Virus record (IMG/VR): IMGVR_UViG_3300035696_000017
Span: 32,001-96,000 of that record
Strand: one strand, 5' to 3'
Length of the DNA: 64,000 nt
Origin: a virus
Made by a program: the position numbers and the translations under genes. Below the pieces are notes generated by a model, which was not told where the DNA came from, made no database searches, and saw only the letters and a program-made list of their open reading frames with translations. Shown here piece after piece: positions 28,420-36,839 of the stretch (positions are counted from its first letter, which is position 1; every line of letters starts with the position of its first letter).

Positions 28420-28827
28420 TCAGACGAGGCGCTTGCGCACCGAAGTCACAAGGCGAGGAAACTCGTCAGCGAGTTCCTCATATACGCGCCACTGCTGGCC
28501 CATCAGCCGGAAGCACCGGTAGTAGGACAGCCGGCCCACGCTCTCGACGAACTCACGGACGCCGTTGAAGTGTGCGGGCATCACGCTGTCGATGAACAGC
28601 ACCCAGTCGCCGATGCGTTGGAAGCCGACGAAGTCGCCGCGTTCGTTGGCGTCCAAGTACGCCAGCAGCACAGACTGGTTCGACAGGTCTTCGCCGTCCC
28701 ACTTACGCTTGCCCAACACTCCCACAACGTAGGCGACTGCCTCCGGGCTGGCGGGGATGCCCGTCAGCCTCTCAGCGAAGTGGTCACTGATTCCAGTCTT
28801 GGCGGCGGGGACGATCAGACCCATCAT
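28420..28827 (-). CDS. conserved-looking hypothetical protein
   Basis: QRIGDWVLF..GRLSYY..YEELADEF. Confidence 0.65.
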   Translation of the reverse strand: MMGLIVPAAKTGISDHFAERLTGIPASPEAVAYVVGVLGKRKWDGEDLSNQSVLLAYLDANERGDFVGFQRIGDWVLFIDSVMPAHFNGVREFVESVGRLSYYRCFRLMGQQWRVYEELADEFPRLVTSVRKRLV

Positions 28828-28833
28828 GGGTAA

Positions 28834-29271
28834 CTAGTCCTGCTTTGGGGGTTGAACCTTGTCTCGCTTCTGAAGCTTTTTCGATGGGCGGACCGTGTCC
28901 TCCTGCTCAGGTTCAGGAGACAAGAAAGGGTGGTCGGTCAGCACCAAGACACCGGGCTGCTCGACGGGTGCATCGGGATCGATCTGGTGGCCTGTGTGCT
29001 CGTCGATGACGGGAGGGGGCTCCAGCACCACGACGCCCTCCTGTGGGCTGTTCACTGGAGTGGGCCAGGCAGCCTTGAACTCCTCCTCGGTGGGCGGGAC
29101 GACCCCGATCCGGTCACACCAGGTCACCAACGCTTGGTGGGTGCTGATGCCCCGGTCGAGCAACATCTGCTTCAGTGTCGTCTTGCGGCGACGCAGCAAG
29201 TCGCTGAGCTTGAGCCGGGGCTGGTGCTTGGGCACGTACCGGCCGGGGACGCCTCGTCCGTCACGGTTCAT
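28834..29271 (-). CDS. hypothetical protein
   Basis: ATG overlapping the upstream stop. Confidence 0.6.
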   Translation of the reverse strand: MNRDGRGVPGRYVPKHQPRLKLSDLLRRRKTTLKQMLLDRGISTHQALVTWCDRIGVVPPTEEEFKAAWPTPVNSPQEGVVVLEPPPVIDEHTGHQIDPDAPVEQPGVLVLTDHPFLSPEPEQEDTVRPSKKLQKRDKVQPPKQD

Positions 29272-29582
29272 GCTGATACTATACCCCTCCGAGCGCGCCT
29301 CTCCGCCTCGACGACGTGGAGAAGGTCGGCAATGCCGTGCTGGAACTGCGGCGACTTGGCGATCTCGTCGATCCGCTGCTCGCTGAGATCCAGCTGCCAC
29401 TCGTCGGCCAGAGCCTTGACGAACTTCCTCATCACCCGCAGCACATAGTTGCGAGCAGACGAGTGGTTCATGCTGAACCCGAGCTCGGTCATCATGTCCG
29501 CGATCTCGCGGTAGTTGTCGCCTTCATCACCAGCGACTGTGGCGTATCCCCTGTCGACCGTCATTCCCCTGCGTAGTGCCAT
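29268..29582 (-). CDS. small HTH protein, sigma region-4-like
   Basis: NYREIADMMTELGFSMNHSSARNYVLRVMRK. Confidence 0.65.
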   Translation of the reverse strand: MALRRGMTVDRGYATVAGDEGDNYREIADMMTELGFSMNHSSARNYVLRVMRKFVKALADEWQLDLSEQRIDEIAKSPQFQHGIADLLHVVEAERRARRGIVSA

Positions 29583-29587
29583 GTGCC

Positions 29588-30007
29588 TCAGTCCTTCTTG
29601 GTTGTGTCATCAGGCTTCGGCATCTTCACCGGGAGCTGGACGACCTTTGCTGGTTCTTGCTTCGGTCTTGTGGGTGTGGGCTGCCGAGGTGTCGAGTACG
29701 GCCTCGTCCTGGGCGGGACCGCCCTTAGCGGTGGTACCACGCGGGGCCCGTCAGGTTCACCGGGCGAGGGCACGTGTTCAACTTGTCGTCGGCTGATGAT
29801 TGGCGCGTAACGTTGTGTCTGGAACGCTTGGAGGCGACCGACGAGGTCGTGCTCAGCAGGCGTCGGTTCGTCCCCGACACGTGTGGGTGCCGACGACGAG
29901 GGAAGCTTTCCCCCGCCCGGGCTGCGCACCAGCCTCACCGCCCATGCTCCGGAAACGAGCAGGCCGCTGATGCCGCCGCAGTACAGGAGGAAGTCCAGTG
30001 CCTGCAT
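29588..30007 (-). CDS. single-pass membrane protein, Pro-rich
   Basis: N-terminal hydrophobic helix. Confidence 0.55.
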   Translation of the reverse strand: MQALDFLLYCGGISGLLVSGAWAVRLVRSPGGGKLPSSSAPTRVGDEPTPAEHDLVGRLQAFQTQRYAPIISRRQVEHVPSPGEPDGPRVVPPLRAVPPRTRPYSTPRQPTPTRPKQEPAKVVQLPVKMPKPDDTTKKD

Positions 30008-30300
30008 CAGCTCGGGAGCTTCTCGAACCTCGACTTGGCGCAGTCGGCGTTGAAGATCTTCATGTAGCGGTTGTGCTTGATCTTGGCGTGGATGAGTCCA
30101 CCCAGGATAGACAAGCCGATGGCACCGCTCATGACGGCGATGGTGATCCCGAAGAGGCTGAAGCTACCTGCGAACATCTTCCTTCTCCTTCTTGGCTTTG
30201 ACGCTGTCGATGACCTTCAGCGTCGTCTTCCAGCCGACGTAGGTGCCAGCCGCGAACGCAACCCCGGCGACCATCCCGCCGCCGATGAGAACCCACTTGA

Positions 30301-31163
<863 letters not shown>

Positions 31164-31173
<10 letters not shown>

Positions 31174-31589
31174 CTCGGGCGGCCGCCAGTGGCCGCGTAA
31201 ACGAACGCGCTGTTGTCGAAGTCACCGGGCGGCAGCCTTGCTTCGAGATCATCGAAGGCTTTCTGCTCGCTCCGTACGAACTCAGAGTGGTTTTCACGGC
31301 GTGCGCGGCGCATCTGCTGCTCACGACGAACGTAGGCGATCTCCTCTTCCCAGGGCCGTGTTTCCACACGGGCCTCGAACGCCTTGTTGCGGTCCTCATC
31401 GAGGGCACGGAGGCGGACGATGAGGTCCGCGTCGTCAAGGGTCCCCAAGACGTCGCAGGAAACGACCTCGGGCAGGGGCACGACCTGGCGGCGGTTGGGA
31501 CGGGAAGGAAGGGAAGGAGTCGACTCTGAACGCTTCCGGGTCTTCTGCACGTAGTCCTCGTCTGGTTGGGGCCCGTCAGGGCGCTTCAC
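31164..31589 (-). CDS. hypothetical protein
   Basis: Coupled upstream of the sigma gene. Confidence 0.65.
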
Positions 31590-32300
31590 CGATGACAGTC
31601 ACTCCTGCGTCGCCATGAGGAAACTCAGGAGTGAAGGTAGTTGTGTTGACTGTAATCACTGCGGGGAGTCTTGTACAGGCGGAACTACCTCTTGTAGAAC
31701 GTCGAGGACTCTACGCCACATCACCTGGTGCACCCGTCGGCCGAAGACGAGGTCTTCCTCGTCCATCTCGTCTAGGGTCTTGCTGTTCAACTTCGACCAC
31801 ATGTAGACCAGCTCGAACGGGGACATCACCTGGACGCGGTTGGCGACGCTGCCCGGGCTGCCGTGCTGTGACATCAGGTCGGGCCTGACGTGCTCCAGGA
31901 AGGTGCTGAAGCCCGGGTCGAGCTCGTTGAACCGCTCGACCAGCGCCGCGTACGCTTCCTTGTGGGCCGGGTCTGGGCTGTCGCCCTGGACCAAGAAGTC
32001 GCTGGCGGTGAGAGACTTGATGTCCCTCAACGTCATCGCTCGGGCTTGGGAGGCAGTGATCACGGCAACACCCGGTGCTTCTTGATGTCGCTCAAGGCCC
32101 GGGCCACGTTGAGCGCCAGGGTCATCTGGCCTTGGGACCGCCCGCTGATGACCGAAGTGCAGAGCTCGTCTGCGGCACCGAGAGCGACCTTCAGCGTCGC
32201 AAGCTGTTCCTCGTTCAGAGTGATTGTCACCTCTTTCGCCATGTCGCCTCCTCGGGTTGGAGTCCAACCCTAAACCTGCGTTCCGTTGGTTTGCACTTGG

Positions 32301-32642
32301 TCAGTTGAGCGTGTTCTGGGGACGTTCTGAGTGAGAGCGGACGAAGACGATCTTCTCGCACTCCTCGACATCCAGCGCCATCTGGTGAAGGGCGCGGTAC
32401 CGCTCGCGGAGCTTCTCGATGATGTCGGGAGGTTGGCTGATGCCAATCTCTTGCAGCTCCTGAACCAGCGACGCCGTCTCCATGACAGAAGCACCAGCGT
32501 CAGCGATGCGGTCCTTGGCGACGGTCAGGTTGGGCTTGACCCCAAACGCACGCTTGGCGGCGGCGAACCGGGCATCGACCTGCTGGAGCATGACGTTGAG
32601 GTCGGCCGCCATCTGGCGGATGTCGACGGTCTGCTTGCTCAC
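32301..32642 (-). CDS. hypothetical coiled-coil protein
   Basis: Minus-strand ORF in operon context. Confidence 0.6.
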   Translation of the reverse strand: MSKQTVDIRQMAADLNVMLQQVDARFAAAKRAFGVKPNLTVAKDRIADAGASVMETASLVQELQEIGISQPPDIIEKLRERYRALHQMALDVEECEKIVFVRSHSERPQNTLN

Positions 32643-33000
32643 CGGGGCCCCACCCGCAGGAGGTTGGGGCTGACGCGCCAGGTCATGTCATGGTTGATGA
32701 ACTTGAGAACGTCGAGGAGTGTGGTTGCCATGGTCCCAGTCTACCATTGGAACCGTCAGGCTTGCACCATCTCGAGGTGGTCCTTGTACACTGCGTGGAC
32801 CTCACCTTCGTGGAGAACTACGACGTGGTCACGCTTCGGGTGACGCCGGATGACGTCAACGACGACACCCTTGTGCAGGGTGCCGGAGGGGACCATGTGC
32901 TCCACCACGTCCCACAACTGGGCGGTGAGCTTCGCGCGCGCTTTGAACATTTGACGATTCTACCCGGCTGGGCAGACTCGTTGCACAGCGTGAAAGAGGG

Positions 33001-33071
33001 CTGGGGCGGAGGGATTCGGACCCCCATCATTGGTGTCAAAGGCCAAGGTCCTGCCGTTAGACGACACCCCA
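33001..33071 (-). tRNA. tRNA-Gln(TTG), C55
   Basis: U1-A72, loop CTTTGAC. Confidence 0.88.
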
Positions 33072-33098
33072 ATGTGTTGACATCTGCGTTCCGTGTAG

Positions 33099-33169
33099 CT
33101 GGCCCGGAAGGATTCGAACCTTCATGACGACGGTCAGAGCGTCGCATCCTGCCGTTAGATGACAGGCCA
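33099..33169 (-). tRNA. tRNA-Gln(CTG)
   Basis: Loop CTCTGAC. Confidence 0.92.
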
Positions 33170-33183
33170 ATGTGTTGTCGAGG

Positions 33184-33252
33184 TCGCTCCGACTGGACTC
33201 GAACCAGTGGCTCCCGCTCCATGGTAACGGGTGTCCGCCGAGATGCGGAGCG
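33184..33252 (-). tRNA. atypical tRNA-like gene (CAT) with vestigial D arm
   Basis: Acceptor CGCTCCG/CGGAGCG-A, arm CCCGTT-ACCATGG-AGCGGG, T arm. Confidence 0.55.
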
Positions 33253-33254
33253 AT

Positions 33255-33353
33255 CGTCACGTCGAACGGAATCGAACCGTTGCTCGTAGTAGCAGCCGCG
33301 AGCCTTTCACAGGATTCTGTGTTTTTCTACGACCTTTCCTCGAACGACGTGAC
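33255..33353 (-). ncRNA. tRNA-like RNA without D stem and with a branched arm replacing the anticodon arm
   Basis: GTCACGTCG/CGACGTGAC stem, T arm AACGG-TTCGATT-CCGTT, helix TCGTAG/CTACGA. Confidence 0.6.
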
Positions 33354-33428
33354 TGGCAGGTGGACTGGGACTCGAACCCAGGTAGCGAGTTTTGGAGGCT
33401 CGCGTCCTAGCCGCTGAACGACCCACCT
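33354..33428 (-). tRNA. tRNA-Trp(CCA)
   Basis: Loop CTCCAAA, G73-CCA. Confidence 0.92.
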
Positions 33429-33440
33429 ATGTGTGAAAAC

Positions 33441-33515
33441 TGGCACCAACGACGGGACTCGAACCCGCGTATTCTCCTAGACAGGGAGACGTCCTAGCCG
33501 CTGAACGACGTCGGT
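33441..33515 (-). tRNA. tRNA-Asp(GTC)
   Basis: Loop CTGTCTA, G73-CCA. Confidence 0.9.
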
Positions 33516-33525
33516 ATGCAGAAAC

Positions 33526-33599
33526 TGGCGAGCACGGCGGGATTCGAACCCGTATACGCTTCCTAGACAGGGAAGTCGCCTCCCATGGCGCACGTGCCC
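33526..33599 (-). tRNA. tRNA-Asp(GTC)
   Basis: Loop CTGTCTA, G73-CCA. Confidence 0.85.
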
Positions 33600-33609
33600 A
33601 ATGTTGTGA

Positions 33610-33685
33610 TGGTGGAGCTCACGGGGATCGAACCCGTCACCTCCTGCTTGCAAGGCAGGCGCTCTCCCAAATGAGCTAGAGCCCC
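33610..33685 (-). tRNA. tRNA-Ala(TGC)
   Basis: G3-U70, loop CTTGCAA, CCA. Confidence 0.96.
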
Positions 33686-33698
33686 ATACGTATGGAAC

Positions 33699-33971
33699 AT
33701 GAAACCGTGGGAAAAAGAACACGATGAAGACCCGTCCCAAGAGGGCGGGATGGCACTTTCAAGCCTGAAACGCACCGCCAAGATGGCTAGAGAGTTGGTT
33801 GATCTAATCGGACCCAATGACACCCTACCCGGGTGGGTACAGGCTAAGCTGACCACGGTGTACGAGGATCTCAATGATGTTCACGGTTACATGATGGGTT
33901 TGGATCGCGGTGAAAGCCAGAGTGAGGTTCAAGAGGCTATCAACCAGCTAATCAAACGTCATCGCCGTTGA
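33699..33971 (+). CDS. hypothetical protein (EGGMA..LPGWVQAKLT motif, recalled from large-phage proteins)
   Basis: Plus-strand ORF preceded by ATACGTA motif. Confidence 0.65.
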   Translation: MKPWEKEHDEDPSQEGGMALSSLKRTAKMARELVDLIGPNDTLPGWVQAKLTTVYEDLNDVHGYMMGLDRGESQSEVQEAINQLIKRHRR

Positions 33972-33972
33972 A

Positions 33973-34311
33973 TCACAGCTTGCCCTTGTGGTTCATGCCG
34001 AGGCCGGCTTCGTGGACCTTAGTGAACTTGACGTTGGGAGTGCGCTTCTGGAAACCAAGCTGGCAAGACTTGCCAACCATCATGCCAGAATTGACCCACC
34101 ACATCTGACGATACTCTTCACGGTCAGCCTCGGAATCGAACTTGAGAATGGTGACACCAGCAGCTTTACCGTCAGCCGACTGAAGGCCAAGGTACTTGGG
34201 AACCGACTCTGAAGAACAATCAGGACAACAGGTTATGAGCCCGCCGACGCGGCGTTTCTCAGGTGACATCGGGTCGTACTCGCAATTGCAAACAATGCAG
34301 GTTCGCTCCAT
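33973..34311 (-). CDS. Cys-rich hypothetical protein
   Basis: CIVC..CPDC; class A promoter upstream. Confidence 0.7.
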   Translation of the reverse strand: MERTCIVCNCEYDPMSPEKRRVGGLITCCPDCSSESVPKYLGLQSADGKAAGVTILKFDSEADREEYRQMWWVNSGMMVGKSCQLGFQKRTPNVKFTKVHEAGLGMNHKGKL

Positions 34312-34352
34312 GAGTAGCCCAGTGTACCACAGCCAGGTAATGCTTTGCACTG

Positions 34353-34429
34353 TGGAGCTGGAGGGAGTCGAACCCTCAGTCACTCAGGTTCCATTGTCGG
34401 CTTTCCTGTGCGACTCGCCTTTCAGCCCC
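34353..34429 (-). ncRNA. mini-tmRNA-like RNA (tRNA-like domain only, Ala identity)
   Basis: GGGGCTG/CAGCTCC-A acceptor with G3-U70, unpaired D loop AAAGGCGA, P2-like helices GTCGC/GTGAC and CAGG/CCTG, T arm GAGGG-TTCGACT-CCCTC. Confidence 0.75.
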
Positions 34430-34439
34430 GTGTTTTCAG

Positions 34440-34512
34440 TGGAGCACGCGGGACTCGAACCCGCCACCTCAACGTTGCGAACGTTGCGCTCTCCCAGATG
34501 AGCTAGTGCCCC
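34440..34512 (-). tRNA. tRNA-Ala(CGC)
   Basis: G3-U70, loop TTCGCAA. Confidence 0.94.
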
Positions 34513-34514
34513 AT

Positions 34515-34589
34515 TGGCTGCGGGGGAAGGGTTTGAGCCTTCGTCTCCGAGCGTTGGATGCTCGGCGCCTTCGATCAGACCACCCCGCA
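34515..34589 (-). tRNA. atypical tRNA (CCA anticodon, 6-bp anticodon stem)
   Basis: CCGAGC-ATCCAAC-GCTCGG; T loop CTCAAAC; G73-CCA. Confidence 0.55.
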
Positions 34590-34590
34590 G

Positions 34591-34663
34591 TGGAGCTAGC
34601 GGGATTCGAACCCGCCACCTCTTCGATGCCATCGAAGCGCTCTCCCGAATGAGCTATAGCCCC
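34591..34663 (-). tRNA. tRNA-Ala(GGC)
   Basis: G3-U70, loop ATGGCAT. Confidence 0.94.
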
Positions 34664-34664
34664 G

Positions 34665-34737
34665 TCACCCGAGTGGGACTCGAACCCACGTTCTCTACCG
34701 TGTCAGGGTAGCGATCTCGCCGCTGATCTACCGGGTG
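34665..34737 (-). tRNA. tRNA-Val(GAC)
   Basis: Loop CTGACAC. Confidence 0.9.
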
Positions 34738-34793
34738 TTGGCCGGTCTCTCCCGGCAGTCATAGCGCGCCTGATGGGCACGCTCGGTTCGTCT

Positions 34794-34895
34794 CTACCTT
34801 CCCTTCCGCTTGTTGCGGTACTGCCGTCGCCAACAGGGCCGGCACATGTATGCCATCCCCGCGAGCTGTGCAGCGATCTGACACCACTTACACAT
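34794..34895 (-). CDS. 33-aa CxxC..CxxC basic peptide
   Basis: MCKWCQIAAQLAGMAYMCRPCWRRQYRNKRKGR; strong SD AAAGGAGG upstream. Confidence 0.5.
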   Translation of the reverse strand: MCKWCQIAAQLAGMAYMCRPCWRRQYRNKRKGR

Positions 34896-34977
34896 TCCGC
34901 GCCTCCTTTCTTGCGAAAGGGGGACGCTACGAATCTCTACTGTGTACCATGCTGAAGCACCTCTGGTTGGGTGAGGT

Positions 34978-35054
34978 TGGTTGCAAGCCCTGGGAGTCGA
35001 ACCCAGTGTCTCCGGGTTATGGGCCCGGCGAGGAAGCCGTTTCTCTCTGCTGCG
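34978..35054 (-). tRNA. initiator-like tRNA(CAT), degenerate, C33
   Basis: C1:A72 mismatch, GGG/CCC anticodon stem, loop CCCATAA, CCA. Confidence 0.7.
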
Positions 35055-35055
35055 G

Positions 35056-35129
35056 TAACGGGAGGTGGATTTGAACCACCGACCTCTGGGTTATGAGCCC
35101 AGCAAGCTACCTGGCTGCTCCATCCCGCT
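35056..35129 (-). tRNA. tRNA-fMet(CAT)
   Basis: Initiator-type D arm GGAGCAGCCAGGTAGCT, GGG/CCC stem. Confidence 0.9.
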
Positions 35130-35130
35130 G

Positions 35131-35202
35131 TGGGTCCACCCGGATTCGAACCGAGATCACGGCGCTTAAAAGGCGAGTCTCTGCCTGTTGAGTTATGGAC
35201 CC
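35131..35202 (-). tRNA. tRNA-Lys(TTT)
   Basis: Loop CTTTTAA; weak anticodon stem. Confidence 0.8.
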
Positions 35203-35208
35203 GTGTGT

Positions 35209-35287
35209 TGCGTTTCACCTGCTCGGATTTGCACCGCTCCTCCAGCTTTCAAGGGCCGGCGTGCTGACTGTTACACTAGCGATCGTA
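35209..35287 (-). ncRNA. tRNA-like RNA ending CAGGTGAAACG
   Basis: D arm GTGT/GCAC, arm CCGGC-CCTTGAAA-GCTGG, T-like loop TGCAAAT. Confidence 0.5.
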
Positions 35288-35317
35288 TGGGATCGTGACC
35301 GTGGTTACTTGCAACGG

Positions 35318-35388
35318 AGCCCCCGCTTGGAGTCAAACCAAGACCTTCGGGCCGCAAGGCCCGACGCTCTGCACTGAGCTACGGGGGC
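35318..35388 (-). tRNA. tRNA-like gene with sealed anticodon loop
   Basis: Normal acceptor/D/T arms; TCGGGCC-TTGC-GGCCCGA. Confidence 0.6.
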
Positions 35389-35393
35389 GTAAG

Positions 35394-35468
35394 TGGTGGG
35401 GAGGGGAGGATTCGACACCTCCAACCGCCGGGCTAAATGCCCGGTGCTCTATCTTGAGCTACCTCCCC
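35394..35468 (-). tRNA. tRNA-like gene with aberrant anticodon and T loops
   Basis: CCGGGC-ATTTA-GCCCGG; 8-nt T loop; CCA. Confidence 0.6.
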
Positions 35469-35489
35469 GTGACTACATTCTACACCTTG

Positions 35490-35563
35490 CCTCCCCGAGT
35501 GGATTCGAACCACCGACCTCCACCTTCGCAGGGTGGCGCTCTATCCAGCTGAGCTACGGGGAG
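35490..35563 (-). tRNA. tRNA-Arg(GCG)
   Basis: Arg-type D loop with A20, loop CTGCGAA. Confidence 0.9.
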
Positions 35564-35564
35564 A

Positions 35565-35700
35565 TGTCATCGTTGGACGTTCACATTCACAGGTTCACTG
35601 CCTGCCTCGCTCCTAAGCGTCCCGGGGATGAGTGCTCCGAAGAGCGGCCCCCAGGGCCCGATTCGAACGGGCTCAGTTTTGGGTTGTTACTTGTCGCGAC
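35565..35700 (-). ncRNA. circularly permuted tRNA mimic (YrlA Y-RNA-like topology)
   Basis: Order T arm, acceptor stem closed by a UUCG hairpin, D arm; flanked by ACTG/CAGT. Confidence 0.55.
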
Positions 35701-35702
35701 GG

Positions 35703-35778
35703 TGCATCTGGTGGGATTCGAACCCACAACCTACCGGGTAAGAGCCGGTTGCTGCTGAACCAGTTGAGCTACAGATGC
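35703..35778 (-). tRNA. tRNA-Lys(CTT)
   Basis: Loop CTCTTAC. Confidence 0.88.
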
Positions 35779-36182
35779 GTTGATGAAAGTTGAGTTGCTA
35801 CGTACGTTTCACTTCGGTACGACGGAAATCGTGACTTTTCTCGTCGTGGACATTTGGGACGACCAATGTTGCGGCCGCAGTATGTCGGGGTCTGCGCGTG
35901 ACAGTTCGGACAGATAAGACCAAGATTGGTCTTGTCACCATTCGTTGGGTTGCCATCACGGTGTTCAAGTTGAAGTGGGATGGGTTTGCCACGCCATTCT
36001 GTCAACCCACAATCTTCACATCGGTGACCTCGTTCAAAAATCAGTCGAGCTTTTTGAGCACCTTCGGAACGAATGAGAGCGAAGTCTCGATGAACTCGTC
36101 GCTTGTGTCCTGCTAGCTTCTGAGGTGAGTCAAACACATCTCCGCAGATCGAACACTTGCCGTCTGCACGCTTGTAGGACAT
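35769..36182 (-). CDS. HNH endonuclease with N-terminal C2H2 finger (free-standing homing-type)
   Basis: CSIC..HKRRVH; CEDC..LQLEHRDGN..N..LICPNCHAQT; lower GC than flanks. Confidence 0.9.
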   Translation of the reverse strand: MSYKRADGKCSICGDVFDSPQKLAGHKRRVHRDFALIRSEGAQKARLIFERGHRCEDCGLTEWRGKPIPLQLEHRDGNPTNGDKTNLGLICPNCHAQTPTYCGRNIGRPKCPRREKSRFPSYRSETYVATQLSSTHL

Positions 36183-36213
36183 ACGCTCATTCTACACTAC
36201 ATGAATGTGCTAG

Positions 36214-36287
36214 TGGGTCTGATGGGACTCGAACCCATATCTCACCGCTTAAGAGGCGGGACTCTGAACCAGTTGAGTTACAGACCC
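36214..36287 (-). tRNA. tRNA-Lys(CTT)
   Basis: Loop CTCTTAA. Confidence 0.9.
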
Positions 36288-36341
36288 AGATTGCGAGGTA
36301 GTTCTGCTGAGAGTTGGTGCCTCGCATCACGTTTGCTCTCA

Positions 36342-36417
36342 TGGCTGGGGAAGAAGGACTCGAACCTTCGTGTGGTAGGGTCAGAACCTACTGCTGTTGC
36401 CGCTGAGCCATTCCCCA
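36342..36417 (-). tRNA. tRNA-Gln(CTG)
   Basis: U1-A72, loop TTCTGAC, CCA. Confidence 0.88.
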
Positions 36418-36481
36418 ATGGGCCGACGCGGGGGAGAAGTGTTGTGCATCTCCATCCTTACGGGGGTCGCCGCGTCAGCTG

Positions 36482-36564
36482 CTCATGGAGTAGGAATCGA
36501 ACCTACCTACGGGTTTCCCCTGGCCGGTTAACAGCCGGCTGCCTGGCCAATAGGCTATCCATGA
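36482..36564 (-). tRNA. tRNA-Asn(GTT) with long variable arm
   Basis: Loop CTGTTAA, G73; extra arm GGG-GAAA-CCC. Confidence 0.85.
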
Positions 36565-36631
36565 ATGGCGGTGACGGCCAGGGGCGGACTCGGCTCTCAT
36601 CGAGCTCTGTCGGACCATAGCAGGTCACCAG

Positions 36632-36704
36632 CTGGCACAGCAGGCTTCGAACCTGCATCCTCCTGGTTAACAGCCAGGCGCACTGCCAATTGTGCTACAT
36701 GCCA
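36632..36704 (-). tRNA. tRNA-Asn(GTT)
   Basis: Loop CTGTTAA. Confidence 0.9.
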
Positions 36705-36756
36705 AAACGGAACGCAGATTGTCAAGGATCGGAGAGCAGCTTGCGCTGATCTTCGG

Positions 36757-36839
36757 TGGAGCGTAAGGGAGTCGAACCCCTCGGGGCATAAGCCGCCTGG
36801 GTTACAGCCAGGCCCATCTCCGTAGTGGTCTACCGCTCC
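36757..36839 (-). tRNA. tRNA-Tyr(GTA)
   Basis: Type II, loop CTGTAAC. Confidence 0.85.
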
